The notes: generated by a model from the sequence alone, not told the origin. A stretch of DNA of 64,000 nucleotides from Octopus sinensis (GCF_006345805.1 NC_043013.1:1922001-1986000); one strand, 5' to 3'. Counted from the first letter of the stretch, positions 39,927 to 53,796 are shown. Program-made: numbers and translations.

Positions 39927-41012
39927 TGGTGTAAAGAAATATAACCAAGGTGAGATCTAATACCAGTTTGCATTCCAATTCTTCTAACTCTTGCTGATGT
40001 ACAGACTTAAATACGCCCAGTCTTTCTCTCCCTCATTCACACATATGCAGAAAGAGGAAGATGGATGCATCTAGAATTTCAATACAGATGATGTCCTCTT
40101 CAAATGGACCTATCAATAGCTATCTAATTAGTGCCTGTATATACATGACTATATCATATACAAAAAAGCACCCACTACACTCACGGAGTGGTTGGCGTTA
40201 GGAAGGGCATCCAGCCGTAGAAACATTGCCAGATCAGACTGGGTCTTGTGCAGCCTTCTGGCTTCCCAGACCCCAGTTGTACCATCCAACCCATGCCAGC
40301 ATGGAAAGCGGACACTAAACGAAGATGATGATGATGATGTATATTATATACATAGTCGGAAACCTGTTGAAATTACTCCCATCCGCTATTATCATTATCA
40401 TCATTTTTATGTCTTCTTTTCCACACTTGAAAGGTGTCAGATGGTGTTTACTGAGGTAGATTTCCTACAACCGGATGCTCTCCCTGTTGCCAATCCTCGC
40501 CTGTTTCCAAGTAAGGTGATATTTGCCTCATGGCCAGACATGTTTTCACAGGAGAATATTGGAAATAACCGACACTGCTTGTATGACAGTGACACTCATT
40601 TACATCTGTCATGCAATGCCAAGGCAAGGAGACACAGACAAAAACATTCACACACACAACTTCCATCAATCGAATCCATTCACAAGGCTTTTGGTCAGCC
40701 AAAACTATAGTACAAGACACTTTCCCATGGTGCCATGCAGTGGGACTGAACTCAGAACCATGTGGTTGGGAAACTGACTTCTCAATCACACAGCCACAGC
40801 TGTGTCCTATGCATGCAATAAATCAAGCAAGTTTTTTTCAGTTCTCATCTACCCTATTTCACTCAAGGTTTTCGTTGTCTCAAATCTGTGATACACTACA
40901 ACATACAGGGCTTGAACCTAGAACCATGTTGTGGTGATATAAACTTCTTAACTACATACATTTATGCTTGTTTGAAATCTAAAATTAGAAATGTCTTTCT
41001 ATTTTTGTACTT

Positions 41013-41258
41013 TTAACCCTTTCAACCTGAAATTTTTTCTCAAGTCAGTAATGACAGGGAGAGGGGGGGGGGTTGTATGCATGCAAGCCTTTTGAGCTAT
41101 CATAATAATGTTGTACACTTCAATCATACGTCTGGCACAACATATCTGAAAAATCAGAACGGTACTATACTGCATTACATAGAATGGGAATTTTAAAGAT
41201 TTGGGTTCTAAAATTTTTGACTGGTACAAATATGTACCAGCCAGGCTGAAAGGGTTAA
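41013..41258. mobile_element. piggyBac-type MITE, family P3
   Basis: TTAA|CCCTTTCA...TGAAAGGG|TTAA. Confidence 0.7.
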
Positions 41259-42457
41259 GGAATATTCTCATCTTAAGACAAAAGTGTTTTCAAAAAATTA
41301 TGAACTTTAATCAACCATCTAAAACAACCTATTTTAGATTAACTGATCTGGATAATAACATTCTTTAAGCAGCCAACCTCTAATACAGTCATTTGCTATA
41401 ACTCTTGGAGTGGTTGGCATTAGGAATGAGAAGACCTGGCAACTAAAGTGAGATCGCAGCCATGAATGTCCGGCCCAGTTAAGAGTACCCCTGATGCATG
41501 GGGTGATATGATATGCTTGAGAAGACCTGTTGAGTCAAGTGAAACCAATATCATAGCTGTAGCTGGTGTCCCTTGACTGGTTCCCATGCCAGTGGCACAT
41601 AAAAAGCACTATCCAAATGTGGCCAATGCCAGTACCCGCTAACTAGGCCCAATGCCGGTGGCATGTAAAAAGCACTCTCTGAACATGATTGATGCCAGGC
41701 CTGCTTGACTGGCTCCTGTGCCAGTGGCACATAAAAACCACCCACTACACTCTTGGAGTGGTTGGTGTTAGGAAGGGCATCCAGCTGTAGAAACACTGCC
41801 AGATCAGATTCGAACCGGGTGCAGCTGCCTGGCTTGCCAGTTCTTGGTCAAACTGTCAAATCCATGCCAGCATGAAAAACGGACATTAGCGATGATGATG
41901 ATTGATCAACACAAGACTAGTCGAGACTAGTTACTAACAATGTTTGCAAACAGCAAAATACCAGAGATACCAGATGAAAAATTGCTTTAGAATTTAGCCA
42001 TATCTTTCAACAGTGTCGGGTTGAAATCCTACTGAGAGACTATCTTTTCCTTCAAGCATAATAAAATGATATTCAAAAGTTCATTTAATTATCTATTAAC
42101 TCTAACTTTAAAACATTGGGTTTCTTGCCTAAGATATTAACAATGGCCCACTTTTCGATATTTTATTTAAAATACAATATTGATGGCAGTGGGTCATTAT
42201 AGTCAAATGGCTGCAGCCAGTTATAAAGAGTTATATAAATAATATTATCTTTGGAAACCCAGCATGGTTTAGACATGTCTGCTGCTATTCACCACTTATG
42301 AGATCCAAGTTTTAACTGTTCCTTCTTAAATCTATCAAACGCATTTATCATTGATGTACAGCATAGTTTCCCCTGTTTTTGTTTACTCTTCATGTACATC
42401 TCAATCAATACCATTTCATTTGCACATCAACATCTTTGACACTCACCACAATTCTAA

Positions 42458-44993
42458 TTCATTCCGGTATTCTACCCACAAATGCTCAACCTACAACCAA
42501 ATTCGATGCCGTCTATTGCAAGCTGAGCCTATCTGAGTTTTGCCTGCCTGTGTTGGCTGTCTACAGGCCGCCTCTAGCCGACCCCCAGGACGATGCTCAT
42601 CTACTCGAGGCGATAAGATTCGTTTCAGCTTCGCATGACTGCTTGGTACTAGGCGACTTCAACGCTCCCATGATCGATTGGCCCGCATCAATTTGTACAA
42701 CATCTTCCCGGTTCGTCCAGGCCCTTCTTGACGTGGCTGAAGATTGTTTTCTATCGCAACATGTTGAATATCCGACAAGGCATCGGTCTGGGCAGCAGCC
42801 ATCTATGCTAGATCTGGTATTCTCCCGCTATCCAAGATCAGTGTCAGACGTATCTGTGTGCGCCCCTCTTGCCAAGAGTGATCATGCGGTCCTGAAGTTC
42901 GTCATGCACACAACTTTTTCCACGCCCACGATTACTTCGCTGCCACGTAGAGTCTTCTCTGCAATTAATCTTGAAATTCTAACCGAGGCTTCCGCGCTTC
43001 TGGACTGGCGTTCCCTGATGTTGTCCTCAGTTGACGAACTATGGTCATCCCTCAAAGCATATGTAATCTGTTTGACTGACCAGGCAGTTCCCGTTGGACT
43101 TCCCAAGAGGAAGAAACACAAGCCCTGGGTGACGAAGAAGGTTAAACGAGAACGTCGACTCAGAGATATTGCTTGGGCTGAATTCAAAAATCTGGATTCG
43201 ACTGCAGCTTTTGAGGTGTACAAAACTCAACGAGACCGAGCCGTGAAAATTGAAAAGAAAGAACGCTTCAGTTATGAATACAAAATCGCGGCAAATGCCA
43301 GTAGCAATCCAAAAACCTTCTTTCCCGCTTGAACAACCAGATTGTAACATTGGTAGACTCAACAGGCGTATCGATTGAGGACCCTTATCAACAGAGTCAA
43401 TTATTTGCCGAGGCTTTTTCAACTATTTTCAAACAAGATGATGGTCGTGAACCCCCTCCATTTGATAGATCGGTACCTCCAATGCTTCGATTGATCATCA
43501 CGCGGGACGAAGTCAAACGTGTTATTCAAGGCCTCGATGTCAACAAGGGTCACGGCCCTGACGGCATACACCCACGGGTTATCAAAGCGTTGGCTCCGGT
43601 CATCTGCGAGCCCTTAACACGACTATTCAATATGTCATTGGCGACGGGTGTTATACCTGCAGACTGGAGAACAGCGATAATCTGCCCAATTTTCAAGAAA
43701 GGAAGCCGCGAAGACCCGCTTAACTACCGACCGGTTTCCCTTACATCAATAATCAGCAAGATGTTCGAAACCATCCTTAAGAAAAGTATGATGCTCCACC
43801 TCCTAAGCACAGCCTCGATCACTGATTCCCAACACGGCTTCGTGCCGAAGAGATCATGCTTGACCAACTTACTAGTAATGGAAGAATTGGTGACGCGCAT
43901 CCTCGATGATAGTGATGCTGTTGACATCGTTTTATTGGACTTTGCCAAAGCTTTTGACTCGGTAAACCACCGCCTACTACTTGTCAAGCTTCAAGCATAT
44001 AGTTTCCATCCGGATATTGTACGATGGGTTGGTGCCTTCCTCTCAGATCGCTCCTTCCAAGTTCAAGTTAATGGTTCGCGGTCCGACGTCTCCAGTGCGA
44101 GCAGTGGCGTGCTTCAAGGTTCAGTGCTTGGGCCCTTGTTGTTCTTAGTCTTCATAAATGACTTGCCCGACGACCTCACGCAACACACCCTTCTATTTGC
44201 CGACGATATCAAACTGGTCGCTCCTCGCGGTAGTATAGAGGATCTTCGTCGATGCCTCCACCAAATTTGGAAGTGGTCTAACGATTGGGACCTGTGTCTG
44301 AATGTGTCAAAGTGCTGTCATCTGCCTGTCGGCTCTACTCCTGCAACTCAACTTGATTTCGAGCCGGGTCGTCTGCTGCTGGAGAGGACCGATCAGGTAA
44401 AGGACCTGGGTATCTTGGTGGGTTCCTCCTTTTCGCCTTCGGCCCAGTGCGTCCATGCTGCCAACAAAGCGCGCGGAATTCTGTTTTTGATTCGACGGTC
44501 ATTCGGAATGCTCACAGCAGCCATATTCCTGCCACTCTATGTCACGCTGGTGAGACCCATATTGGAGTATGGGATTCAAGCCTCTTCTCCTTATCTCCTC
44601 AAAGACATACAGCACCTCGAAAGAGTCCAGAGGCTGGCTACCCGCATGGTTTATGGTCTCAAAAATTTGTCCTACGAAGAAAGGCTGAGGACGCTCGACC
44701 TTTATTCTCTTGAAAAACGCCGCCGCCGTGGTGATCTCATTCTCGCCCACAACATCATAAGCGGGAAGTGTAACCTCTCGAAAGAGCTGTTCTTCACTCC
44801 TGCTCCGGAGTCGGCTGCGGGGTCATTCCGAAAAGCTCTACCTGCGACGATTTCATCTCAATCGAAGGAGAGGAGCTTTCTCCGTCCGGGTTGCGGATCC
44901 GTGGAACAAGCTGCCAGATGAGATGGTGAAGATGCCGACGACCGCTTTGTTCAAAGCCTCCCTGGACCTCAAGTGGCCTGAACTCTTTACATG
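42458..44993 (+). pseudogene. ORF2 (EN-RT) of the CR1 element, broken by two frameshifts (~43325, ~44810)
   Basis: ORF track 42379-43332 and 43329-44921; the shifted tail reads RLRGHSEKLYLRRFHLNRRRGAFSVRVADPWNKLP...KWPELFT*. Confidence 0.88.
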
Positions 44994-45081
44994 AACACCA
45001 CCCTGTACTTAACTCCATGTCCCCCTACATGGCCTTGCTATTTGCTTTTGAGCCAAATTAACTAACTAACTAACTAACTAA
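42458..45081 (+). mobile_element. CR1-clade non-LTR retrotransposon, 5'-truncated, young
   Basis: APE motifs (AVYRPP, LVLGDFNAP, LDLVF, SDHAVL), RT (YRPVSLTS, QHGF, DFAKAFDSV, QGSVLGP, LFADD), CR1-type C-terminus (LVRPILEY, LERVQRLATRM, RRRRGDLI); 3' stem-loop ccatgt-ccccct-acatgg and (AACT)n tail; CTAA at both junctions. Confidence 0.93.
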
Positions 45082-45174
45082 CATTTAACATTCCTTATAA
45101 ATTAATCCTAAGTCAAGGGGTCTCAAATGAAGTTCATATAACCTTTAGGGGACCGTATAAGATTTTGTTAAAAG

Positions 45175-45331
45175 CGCAGGAGTGGCTGTGGTAAGTAGCT
45201 TGCTTACGAACCACATGGTCCTGGGTTTGGTCCCACTCTGTGGCACCTGGGGCAAGTGTTGTCTACTATAGCCTCAGGCTGACCAAAGCCTTGTGAGTGG
45301 ATTTAGTAGATGGAAACTGAAAGAAGCCCAT

Positions 45332-45366
<35 letters not shown>

Positions 45367-46385
45367 CATCATCATCATCGTTTAACGTCCGTTTAACGGT
45401 TCAACTGGGGTCTGGCAAGCCCGAAGCTGCACCAGGCCAGTCAGATCTGGCAGTGTTTCTACAGCTGGATGCCCTTCCTAACACCAACCACTCCGAGAGT
45501 GTAGTGGGTGATTTTATGTGCCACCGACACAGGTGCCAGATGAGGCTGGCAGACGGCCACGCTCGGATGGTGTTTTTTATGTGCCACCGACACAGGTGCC
45601 AGACGAGGCTGGCAGACGGCCACGCTCGGATGGTGTTTTTTATGTGCCACCAACACAGGTGCCAGATGAGGCTGGCAGACGGCCACGGTCGGATGGTGTT
45701 TTCTTATGTGCCACCGACACAGGTGCCAGACAAGGCTGGCGAACGGCCACGATCAGATGGTGTTTGTTACGTGCCCACAGAACGGAGGCCAGTCGATGCG
45801 GTACTGGCTACGGTCACGTTCGGATGGTTTTCTTATGTGCCACCGGCACTGGTACCACAAGGATACAAATTCCATTGATGTTCATCTATTTTGATTTGGT
45901 TTGATTTGATTGATTTTTTTTTTTTTTTGATTTTTTTATTTGATTTGATTTGAGTTTTATTGGCTCAACAGGTCTTCACAAGTGTCACAAGAAGGAAGGT
46001 ATGCACAGGTGGACTGACTACGTCCCAGGTATGGGCCACGGGTTATGGCTTCACTAGTCTTGCCGGGTCTTCTCACGCACAGCATACTTCCATAGGTCTC
46101 GGTCTCTAGTCATTTCCATGGTGAGACCTAACGTTCGAAGGTCGTACTTCACCACCTCGTCCCATATATATATATATATATGTTTGTGTGTGTCACTTCC
46201 ACAATCACTTGACAACCGATGTTGGAGTGTTTACATCCCCGTAACTTAGCAGTTCAGCAAAAGACACTGATAGAATAATTACTAGGCTTACAAAGAATAA
46301 GCCCTGGGGTCAATTTGTTCAACTAAAGGTGGTGCTCCAGCATGGCTGCAGTCAAATGACTGAAACAAATAAAAGAATAAAGAAA
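45175..46385 (+). mobile_element. S1 SINE interrupted in its central microsatellite by an antisense RTE 3' fragment (~45365-46165)
   Basis: S1 5' half 45175-45360, RTE tail and ORF end on minus strand, S1 3' half 46165-46385. Confidence 0.85.
45510..45860. repeat. 63-bp tandem array (5-6 units) inside the RTE 3' UTR
   Basis: ta(t/c)gtgcc recurs at 45515, 45578, 45641, 45705, 45768 and 45834. Confidence 0.9.
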
Positions 46386-47535
46386 AAAATGAACTTTGCC
46401 ATACATTTCCTAATATTTAATTATAAAAATGCCACAGGAGTTTTTTAATTGTTGGATGGCAATGGGGATCCAGTACAGCATGATAGGAAACAAAAGGGTC
46501 CATAGGTGAAAAAGAAATGGTTGAGAACCACAGCATTAAACATTCTTTTCTAAATGTTGAAGAACTGCAGACATTGGTCATAAACCTCACTGCATGCCAT
46601 TATTCATTCTCTGCAGTCTGGCCACTCTTCACTACATACATGCCGGTGGCACGTAAAAAGCACCTAAGAACACTCTCGGAGTGGTTGGCATTAGGAAGGG
46701 CATCCAGCTGTAGAAACACTGCCAGATCAGATTGGAGCCTGGTGAAGCCTCCTGGCTTCCCAGACCCCAGTTGAACCATCCAACCCATGCCAGCATGGAA
46801 AACGATAATGATGATGACGATACACCATTGTACATATTCTATTGCCAATCCCTTTTTTTGTTAGAGACATCATCCACACACCCTAATTATCTGCCCATAT
46901 TTCACAGTATACATCATGCTCTATACTTGCCATACATATTTCACAGCCATCAATGCTTTTTGCACGCTTCTTTTCTTTATTTAGAGACTGAAACGTTTTG
47001 TTCTCAACAGTTTTACACCAAAATAACCTTACGTACCAAAATAAATATACTAGCGTTATATAAAACTCCAGCTCTAATTATATAAGTCAGGTACCAACAC
47101 TTTACTTCTCTTAAGCTATTCAAGCAATCCAAGGTCATCATTTGTGACTCATTTGGCAGCTTCTTTTACTCCAGGGAATTTATTGCATCTACAGTTTGTT
47201 TCATTGTCTGTGTATTAATTTACAAATATTGTTATTGTGAGTACTTATTGCTCTCTGTGATTACACTATGAAGTTCCTGTCCGATTCCTTTCCTACACTA
47301 GGCACAAGACCAGCCACATGATACTGTTGGTATCTCATAGTGCTTTAGTCTTGGCTAGCCTAGCATTACTAAAATATCGGTTTAATGAACATAGTTTTAT
47401 TGAAGGTACACAATTAGAAAAAGCCAACACTTACGGGGTAACATGATATTACTAAATTGTGCACCCTTTAGAAAACTATTCTCTGTCCCTCAATCTGCTC
47501 TGCTATAACTCTAGAACATTCTGCATATTTTAAAT

Positions 47536-47934
47536 TACTCTTTTACTTGTTTCAGTCATTTGACTGCGGCCATACTGGAGCACCGCCTTTAATCGAGCAA
47601 CTCGACCCCAGGACTTATTCTTTTGTAAGCCCAGTACTTGTTCTATCTGTCTCTTTTGCCGAACCGCTAAGTAACGGGGACGTAAACACACCAGCATCAA
47701 TTGTCAAGCAATGCTAGGGGGACAAACACAGACACACAAACACACACACACATATATATATATACATATATACGACAAGCTTCTTTCAGTTTCCGTCTAC
47801 CAAATCCACTCACAATGCTTTGGTCGACCTGAGGTTATAGTAGAAGACACTTGCCCAAGGTGCCACGCAGTGGGACTGAACCCGGAACCATGTGGCTGGT
47901 AAACAAGCTACTTACCACACATCCACTCCTGCGC
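47536..47934 (-). mobile_element. tRNA-derived SINE, family S1, near full length (head, gcaccttgggcaagt domain, central (TA/TG)n, tail ...cagtcaaatgactgaaacaagtaaaagag)
   Basis: Near-identical to 55041-55427; many diverged or partial copies (e.g. ~5.0, 5.9, 6.8, 10.0, 17.5, 21.8, 26.2, 29.9, 33.0, 35.7, 36.8, 50.6, 61.4 kb). Confidence 0.9.
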
Positions 47935-50458
47935 TATGAATTAATTTATGATAACAATTATCTACTAATAAGACAGCATTAAAATAGTTGATAATACAAT
48001 CACTTTCATGAAGAATCTAGAATTACCAACTTTTGCAAAACATCAAATTCAGTCATTTAAAATTGGAATAACTATAATGGTTTTGAAAGTCTCAGACCAA
48101 CAAAGACTACAATTATAATTTTTTTTTTTACATGGCATTCTGTCAGTTACGACAAGGATTCCAGTTCATCCGATCAATGGAACAGACTGCATGCAAAATT
48201 AATGTGCAAGTGGCTGAGCACTCCACAGACATGTGTATCCTTAATGTAGTTCTGGGGGAGATTCAGTGTGAAATACAGGTACAACAGAAACAGGGAGAAA
48301 GTTGTGGTGAAAGTGTGCAGCAGGGTTCGCTACCACTCCCTGCCAGAGCCTCTTGGAGCTTTAAGTGTTTTCACTCAATAAACATTCACAATGTTCGGTC
48401 TGGGAATCGAAACCGTGATCCTATGGCCGTGAGTGAACTGCCCTAACCACTGGGCCATTGCTTTAAAATAATTAAACTGCAGAAGCAAATATAAATGTTA
48501 CTAAATAATGATTTTCATAACATGAAAACACAAAAGTTATTTGTTTAAACATACCATCTCAAATGCTTCAAAAGCAACAGAGTATAACAAGAGAAAACAC
48601 AGCTTTTCATTTCTAAATAATAAGGCCTTTTGAGAGTACAATATGAGCCAATATGAGGCCGTAGTCAGACAGTCTTCAAGAAATAGCAGCCAAATCTCCC
48701 TCAAACCATACTCTTAGAAAATGAATGACACATTGGATAACATAGATACATAAAGAAGATGAAATAGCGACAGCTGTAATGCTTGTTATTATAAGACATT
48801 TGGATCAGGTTTAACCTAGGTAAGGACTAGCTATAAGGACATCCACATTAGGGATTTCCAAATGACAAATATGATGCCTTTTTCTCTATTCCCTAATCAG
48901 TTAGAAGGAACAACACCCAAGTGATATTGTTATGGCTAACGTTAGCTTGAACTTCTGTCATCATCATTTAAAAGCTCATGTGCCATGCTGTCACGTGTTG
49001 CACAGTCTGACAGGATCTGATGTGCCTAAGGACTGCATCGTGCTCCAATGTGTGCTTTGGCATCGTTTCTACAGCCGGATGCTCTTCCAAACACCAACAA
49101 CTTCACAGAATGGACAGGGTGCTTTTTTTTTTGTGCCATCTGCACTGTTGGGGTTGTACAGTGTGCAGCACTATGAGCCCTGGGAGAGGTGGAGGAGGTC
49201 AGCTTCATGCAAAGAGATGAGGGGATTACTATCAGGCAGGTAATGACCAGGTTCCTGTACAGGGATCTGCATGGTCACTGAAGTGGGGGAGAAAGAGATA
49301 AACAATGGTGAGATGGTGAGGTGCCCATTTGACCCTACAAAGCTCAAACTAAGTAGAAATGGGTGGGGAGGTTTGCAAGAATGTAAGGGAAGGAGAATGA
49401 AGGAAGGGGAGGGAGAGTGCCAAAATGGGTAGGGTTGAAGGGTGGATGAACAAGAACCATGAATGAACTGCGGTCAGCAAGAAGCAAGTTTAGATGGGAA
49501 AATAGGGGCAGGGAGAGAACAGTAAGAAGGGTTGCAAGACTTAATAATTGGTTTGGTAATTCACATGAGTGTAGTATCTGAGGTGGGAGACAAAAGGGAT
49601 AACAAAGGGAAAAGTGGGTGAACTGAGTGAACCTGGGCAAAGTGATGGGCAATTTATGAGATTAGAAGCTATGGTAGTAAATGTAGAAGAAACAGAATGA
49701 AGAAACGGGTCTGTGAACCAGTGTGCACGTGTCTTTGCTAATCAGCCAATGGCCTTCAGGATAGAGCGTCTGTGACACTGGTTCAGACATTATGGGGCTA
49801 GCCTAGCATCAGTGCCACTCTGGGGATGGTTTTATGTATGCTACATTTGTGAACAAGTCTGCTACAAGGATTTCCTTAATGTGTTGGATTTTTTTCTTTT
49901 TTTTTTTTTTGATGCTGTTGGAGTAGCAATAGGCACAGGCATGGCTGTGGGGTAAGAAGTTAGCTTCCCAACCACATGGTTCTGGGTTCAGTCCCATTGT
50001 GTGGCACTTTTAAGCAAGTGTCTTCTACTGTAGCTGCAGGCCCACCAAAGCATTGGGAGTGGATTTGGTAGATGGAAACTGAAAGAAGCCTGTCTTACAG
50101 ACACACACACACACACATACAATCATCATCATTTAGTGTCTGTTGTCCATGCTGGAAGGCTGAACCAGACTTGATTCCATTGGCACGGATGCCATTTGCA
50201 TGGCACCAGTATCTGCCATGAATACAATTTCACTTGGCTTGACGGGGCTTCTTCTCATGCAGGACAATGCCAAAGGTCTTGGTCATTGCCTCCATGGGGC
50301 CCAACACTCAAAAGGAAGTTTTCATGTGCCACCAGCATCGGCCACTTTGCCGATGCAAGGCCCAATGCTCAAAAGGTGCTTTTTACATCTTTACATGTCA
50401 CTGGCACAGGTGCCAGTTACGTGACATATGTACATAAATATATATGTAAACACACACA

Positions 50459-50493
<35 letters not shown>

Positions 50494-51085
50494 TCCTGTC
50501 TCCTTGCCTTGACTCCAGGTGATAGTTGTAAATGAATGTCACAATCATGTAAGCAGAGTGATATTCTTTGAGGATTATTACCATAGGCATAGGAGTGGCT
50601 GTGCAGTAAGAAGCTTTCTTACCAACCACATGGTTCCAGGTTCAGTCCCACTGCATGGCACCTTGGGCAAGTGTTGTCAACTATAGCCTCAGGCCAACTA
50701 AAGCCTTGTGAGTGGATTTGGTAGACGAAAACTGAAAGAAGCCCATCGTATACATCATCATCATCATCATTATCATCGTTTAACGTCCGTTCTCCATGAT
50801 AGCATGGGTTGGACGGTTCGACCGGGGATCTGGGAAGCCAGAAGGCTGCACCAGGCTCCGGTCTTATCTGGCAATGTTTCTACAGCTGGATGCCCTTCCT
50901 AACGCCAACCACTCCATGAGTGTAGTGGGTGCTTTTTACGTGCCACCTGCACTGGTGCCAGGCGAGGCTGGCATCGGCCACGGTCGGATTGGTGCATTTT
51001 ACGTGCCACCTGCACAGAAGCCAGTCGAGGCAGCACTGGCTTCGGCCACGATTCGGATGGTGCTTTTTACGTGTCACCGACACGG

Positions 51086-51116
<31 letters not shown>

Positions 51117-51786
51117 ATGTGTGTGTATGTGTGTGTTTGTGTGTCTGTGTTTGTCCCCCAACATCGCTTGACAACCGGTGCTGGTGTGTTTACGTCCCCG
51201 TAACTTAGCAGTTCAGCAAAAGAGACTGATAGAATAAGTACTAGGCTTAGAAAGAATACGTCCTGGGGTCGATTTGCTCAACTAAAGGTGGTGCTCCAGC
51301 GTGGCCACAGTCAAATGACTGAAACAAGTAAAAGAGTGAAAGAGTAATACTTGGAATTGAGGGTTGGAAACAAGATGAGCATCTGGCTGTAGAAAATCTG
51401 CCTCAACAGATTCCATCTGAGCCATGCAAGCATGGAAAAGGGGACATCAAGTGATGGTGGTGGTGATTGGTGTTGTGAACGGACAACACCTGTTTACAGG
51501 AGATTAGGGAGTTATGAGGGAGTGCCAGTACCACTTAGAAAGCATTGAGTTCCCTCTGTAAAGTGGTTGGCATTAAAAAGGGCATCCAGCCAGAAAAACC
51601 ATACCAAAATAGACAATTGGAATATGGTGCAGTTCTCTGGCTTGCCAGCTCCTGTTAAACCGTCCAACCCATACCAGCATCGAAAACATACATATGATAA
51701 TGACAATGATGACAATGAAGTGTGTATGCAATTATAACAACTGGTATGTGGATGCACAAAATGAGAAATTAGAAAAATTACCATTT

Positions 51787-52014
51787 TTAACCCTTTAGCG
51801 TTCAGATTAATTTGGCAAAAATAATCCTTATTTATTCACATTTAAAAAAATTTATCTGATATTATTTTGTAGTTTAAAGATAGGAAAGATGTAATTGCCT
51901 ATTTTTAGAATGACATTGCAGGGTAGGTGTGAGATGCTGGTTCTGGCCAGTTTGAGCATAAAATGTGTAGAATATTCGGGCCAGATACAGCCGGTTTAAA
52001 CACTAAAGGGTTAA
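51787..52014. mobile_element. piggyBac-type MITE, family P2
   Basis: TTAA|CCCTTTAG...CTAAAGGG|TTAA. Confidence 0.8.
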
Positions 52015-52031
52015 ATCTCACAACAAGAGAT

Positions 52032-52277
52032 TTTCAGCAACAGTACTTTGGAGTAAAGATTATTTGCCAACATAACATGTCTCCAGCCGGCCTATATTGT
52101 TTTGAGCTGAGTGTCAGGGTGCTAGATTCCCTTGTTTGAAAATATGACACAGATCGTGTTGTAGCCTGTTGGAGGCAATGTTTCCTGGGGCTAAATTACA
52201 GCAACATTCATTCTAAGTCAGGACAGCCATGTTATGTTGGCAAATTATCTTTGTTCCAAAGTGAGAACTGTTTGAAA
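52032..52277. repeat. Inverted repeat (35-bp core arms 52045-52079 and 52228-52262, 3 mismatches); probable MITE remnant
   Basis: actttggagtaaagattatttgccaacataacatg vs reverse complement of catgttatgttggcaaattatctttgttccaaagt. Confidence 0.8.
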
Positions 52278-52756
52278 CACAAGATAATATACCAGAATCA
52301 GTATGTGAGTTAGAGAAACAGTGTTAGCCCATGTTATAATGGGTCAACCTAAACACAGAGGTGTGAGGAGATAAATGGAGCAGATAGGCAGGTAGCTTAA
52401 TAAGATGGTTCTCAATATCAGGTACTTTTGAAGGCGGCAAGCTGGCAGAGATGTTAGCAAGCTGGGCGAAATGCTAAGCAGTATTTCTTCTGTCCTTACG
52501 TTCTGAGTTCAAATTCCTCCAAGGTTGATTTTGCCTTTCATCCTTTCGGAGTCGATAAATTAAGTATTAAGTTATGTACTGGGGTCGATCTAATTGACTG
52601 GCCCCCTCCCACAAAATTTCAGCCCTTGTGCCTAGAGTAGAAAAGAATACCAGATACTTTTGAAGAGCTTGCTTTTGAAGAAGTATTCAGAAGCCAGAAA
52701 GCCAGTTTCTGGAAAATAAGGCCTTATGAAATCATATTAGCAGTTACTGCTTAGAT

Positions 52757-52949
52757 CAGTGATTCCCAACATTTTTGCCCAAAAGCTTGAAACCCACACG
52801 ACCCTCTACTATCAGAGGCACATAAAAAATGTAATTGAGGAGTTGAAGTTAATATTATCCCAAGCCACTTCTAGCAAGGCTATAAGACCCCACTGCCAAG
52901 GCTACGCGACCTTCCAGAGAGTCAGGAACCCACTGGTTGGGAACCCCTG
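52757..52949. mobile_element. hAT-type MITE
   Basis: TIRs cagtgattcccaac / gttgggaacccctg; 8-bp TSD gcttagat / gcttaggt (7/8). Confidence 0.8.
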
Positions 52950-53568
52950 GCTTAGGTGGAAGAATGGTAGTTGGTTGGATCAGAGAAAATTGGCCCTTCT
53001 GGGAATGGGATACACCAATGCATATTTCTATGCACTGGGATAGATCAGTAAAGAAACAGAAACATTGACCATCATTATTTCATATGTTTTTCCATGCTTG
53101 CATGGGTTGGAAGGGTCTTGCTCCAACAACAATTTTCCACTTGCCATCCTTCTGTCACTTTGGTGAGGCTCAACATCTTGAGATCAGATTTCATTACTTC
53201 TTCCTAAGTCTTCCTTTTTCTCACAAGTTCTTTTCATTTTGACAACTTGGTACTCCTTTACTTATTATCCTTTATATACAAATGTCTAGAACAGCACAAT
53301 CATCCTCCCTTGTATATGCTACAGCCAATTACTGTAAAACTTAAATTTTCTCTCAAATCATATGTACTCTGTTCAGACACACTAACATTACATTCTAGCA
53401 AGTCATGCTTGTCATCCTTTCTGACCAGCCTTTGCACATTTGCTGCATTCAATGTTCTTATTTTACTACCATGCAATGAGACACTGAATTTGGTAAAATA
53501 GGAAAATAGGAGCCAAACACCACAACAAATGGATTGAGCAAAATCGATCATATAACAAATTCACCCAC

Positions 53569-53796
53569 TTAATCCTTTCGTTACCAACTTGGCTGAAACC
53601 AGCTCTGGCTCTGAGTACAAATGTTTTGTTTTCCTAAGTTTTGAATTAAAATCTTCCACCAAACCTTAGTCACAATGTATGTTCTTAACATTAGATTAAT
53701 GATAAATAAGTTATTTTACTAAATTCTTTGTTATATCTAGAGTAACTGAAAGAAACCCAGAGCATTTCAACAGAAATACAGTAACGAAAGGGTTAA
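53569..53796. mobile_element. piggyBac-type MITE, family P1
   Basis: TTAA-flanked; tcctttcgttac...gtaacgaaaggg; body similar to 25511-25743. Confidence 0.75.

Noticed and set aside
37935-39960. Three overlapping 630-650 aa His-rich ORFs as a repetitive structural or metal-binding protein
   Set aside because: The 26-bp unit has no stop in any plus frame and cycles through all three, so each gives the same peptide; the ORFs start in RTE-tail sequence and lie antisense in a probable intron
45339-45904. ORFs with 21-aa repeats (PPTQVPDEAGRRPRSDGVFYV)
   Set aside because: Translation of the 63-bp tandem array inside an RTE 3' UTR
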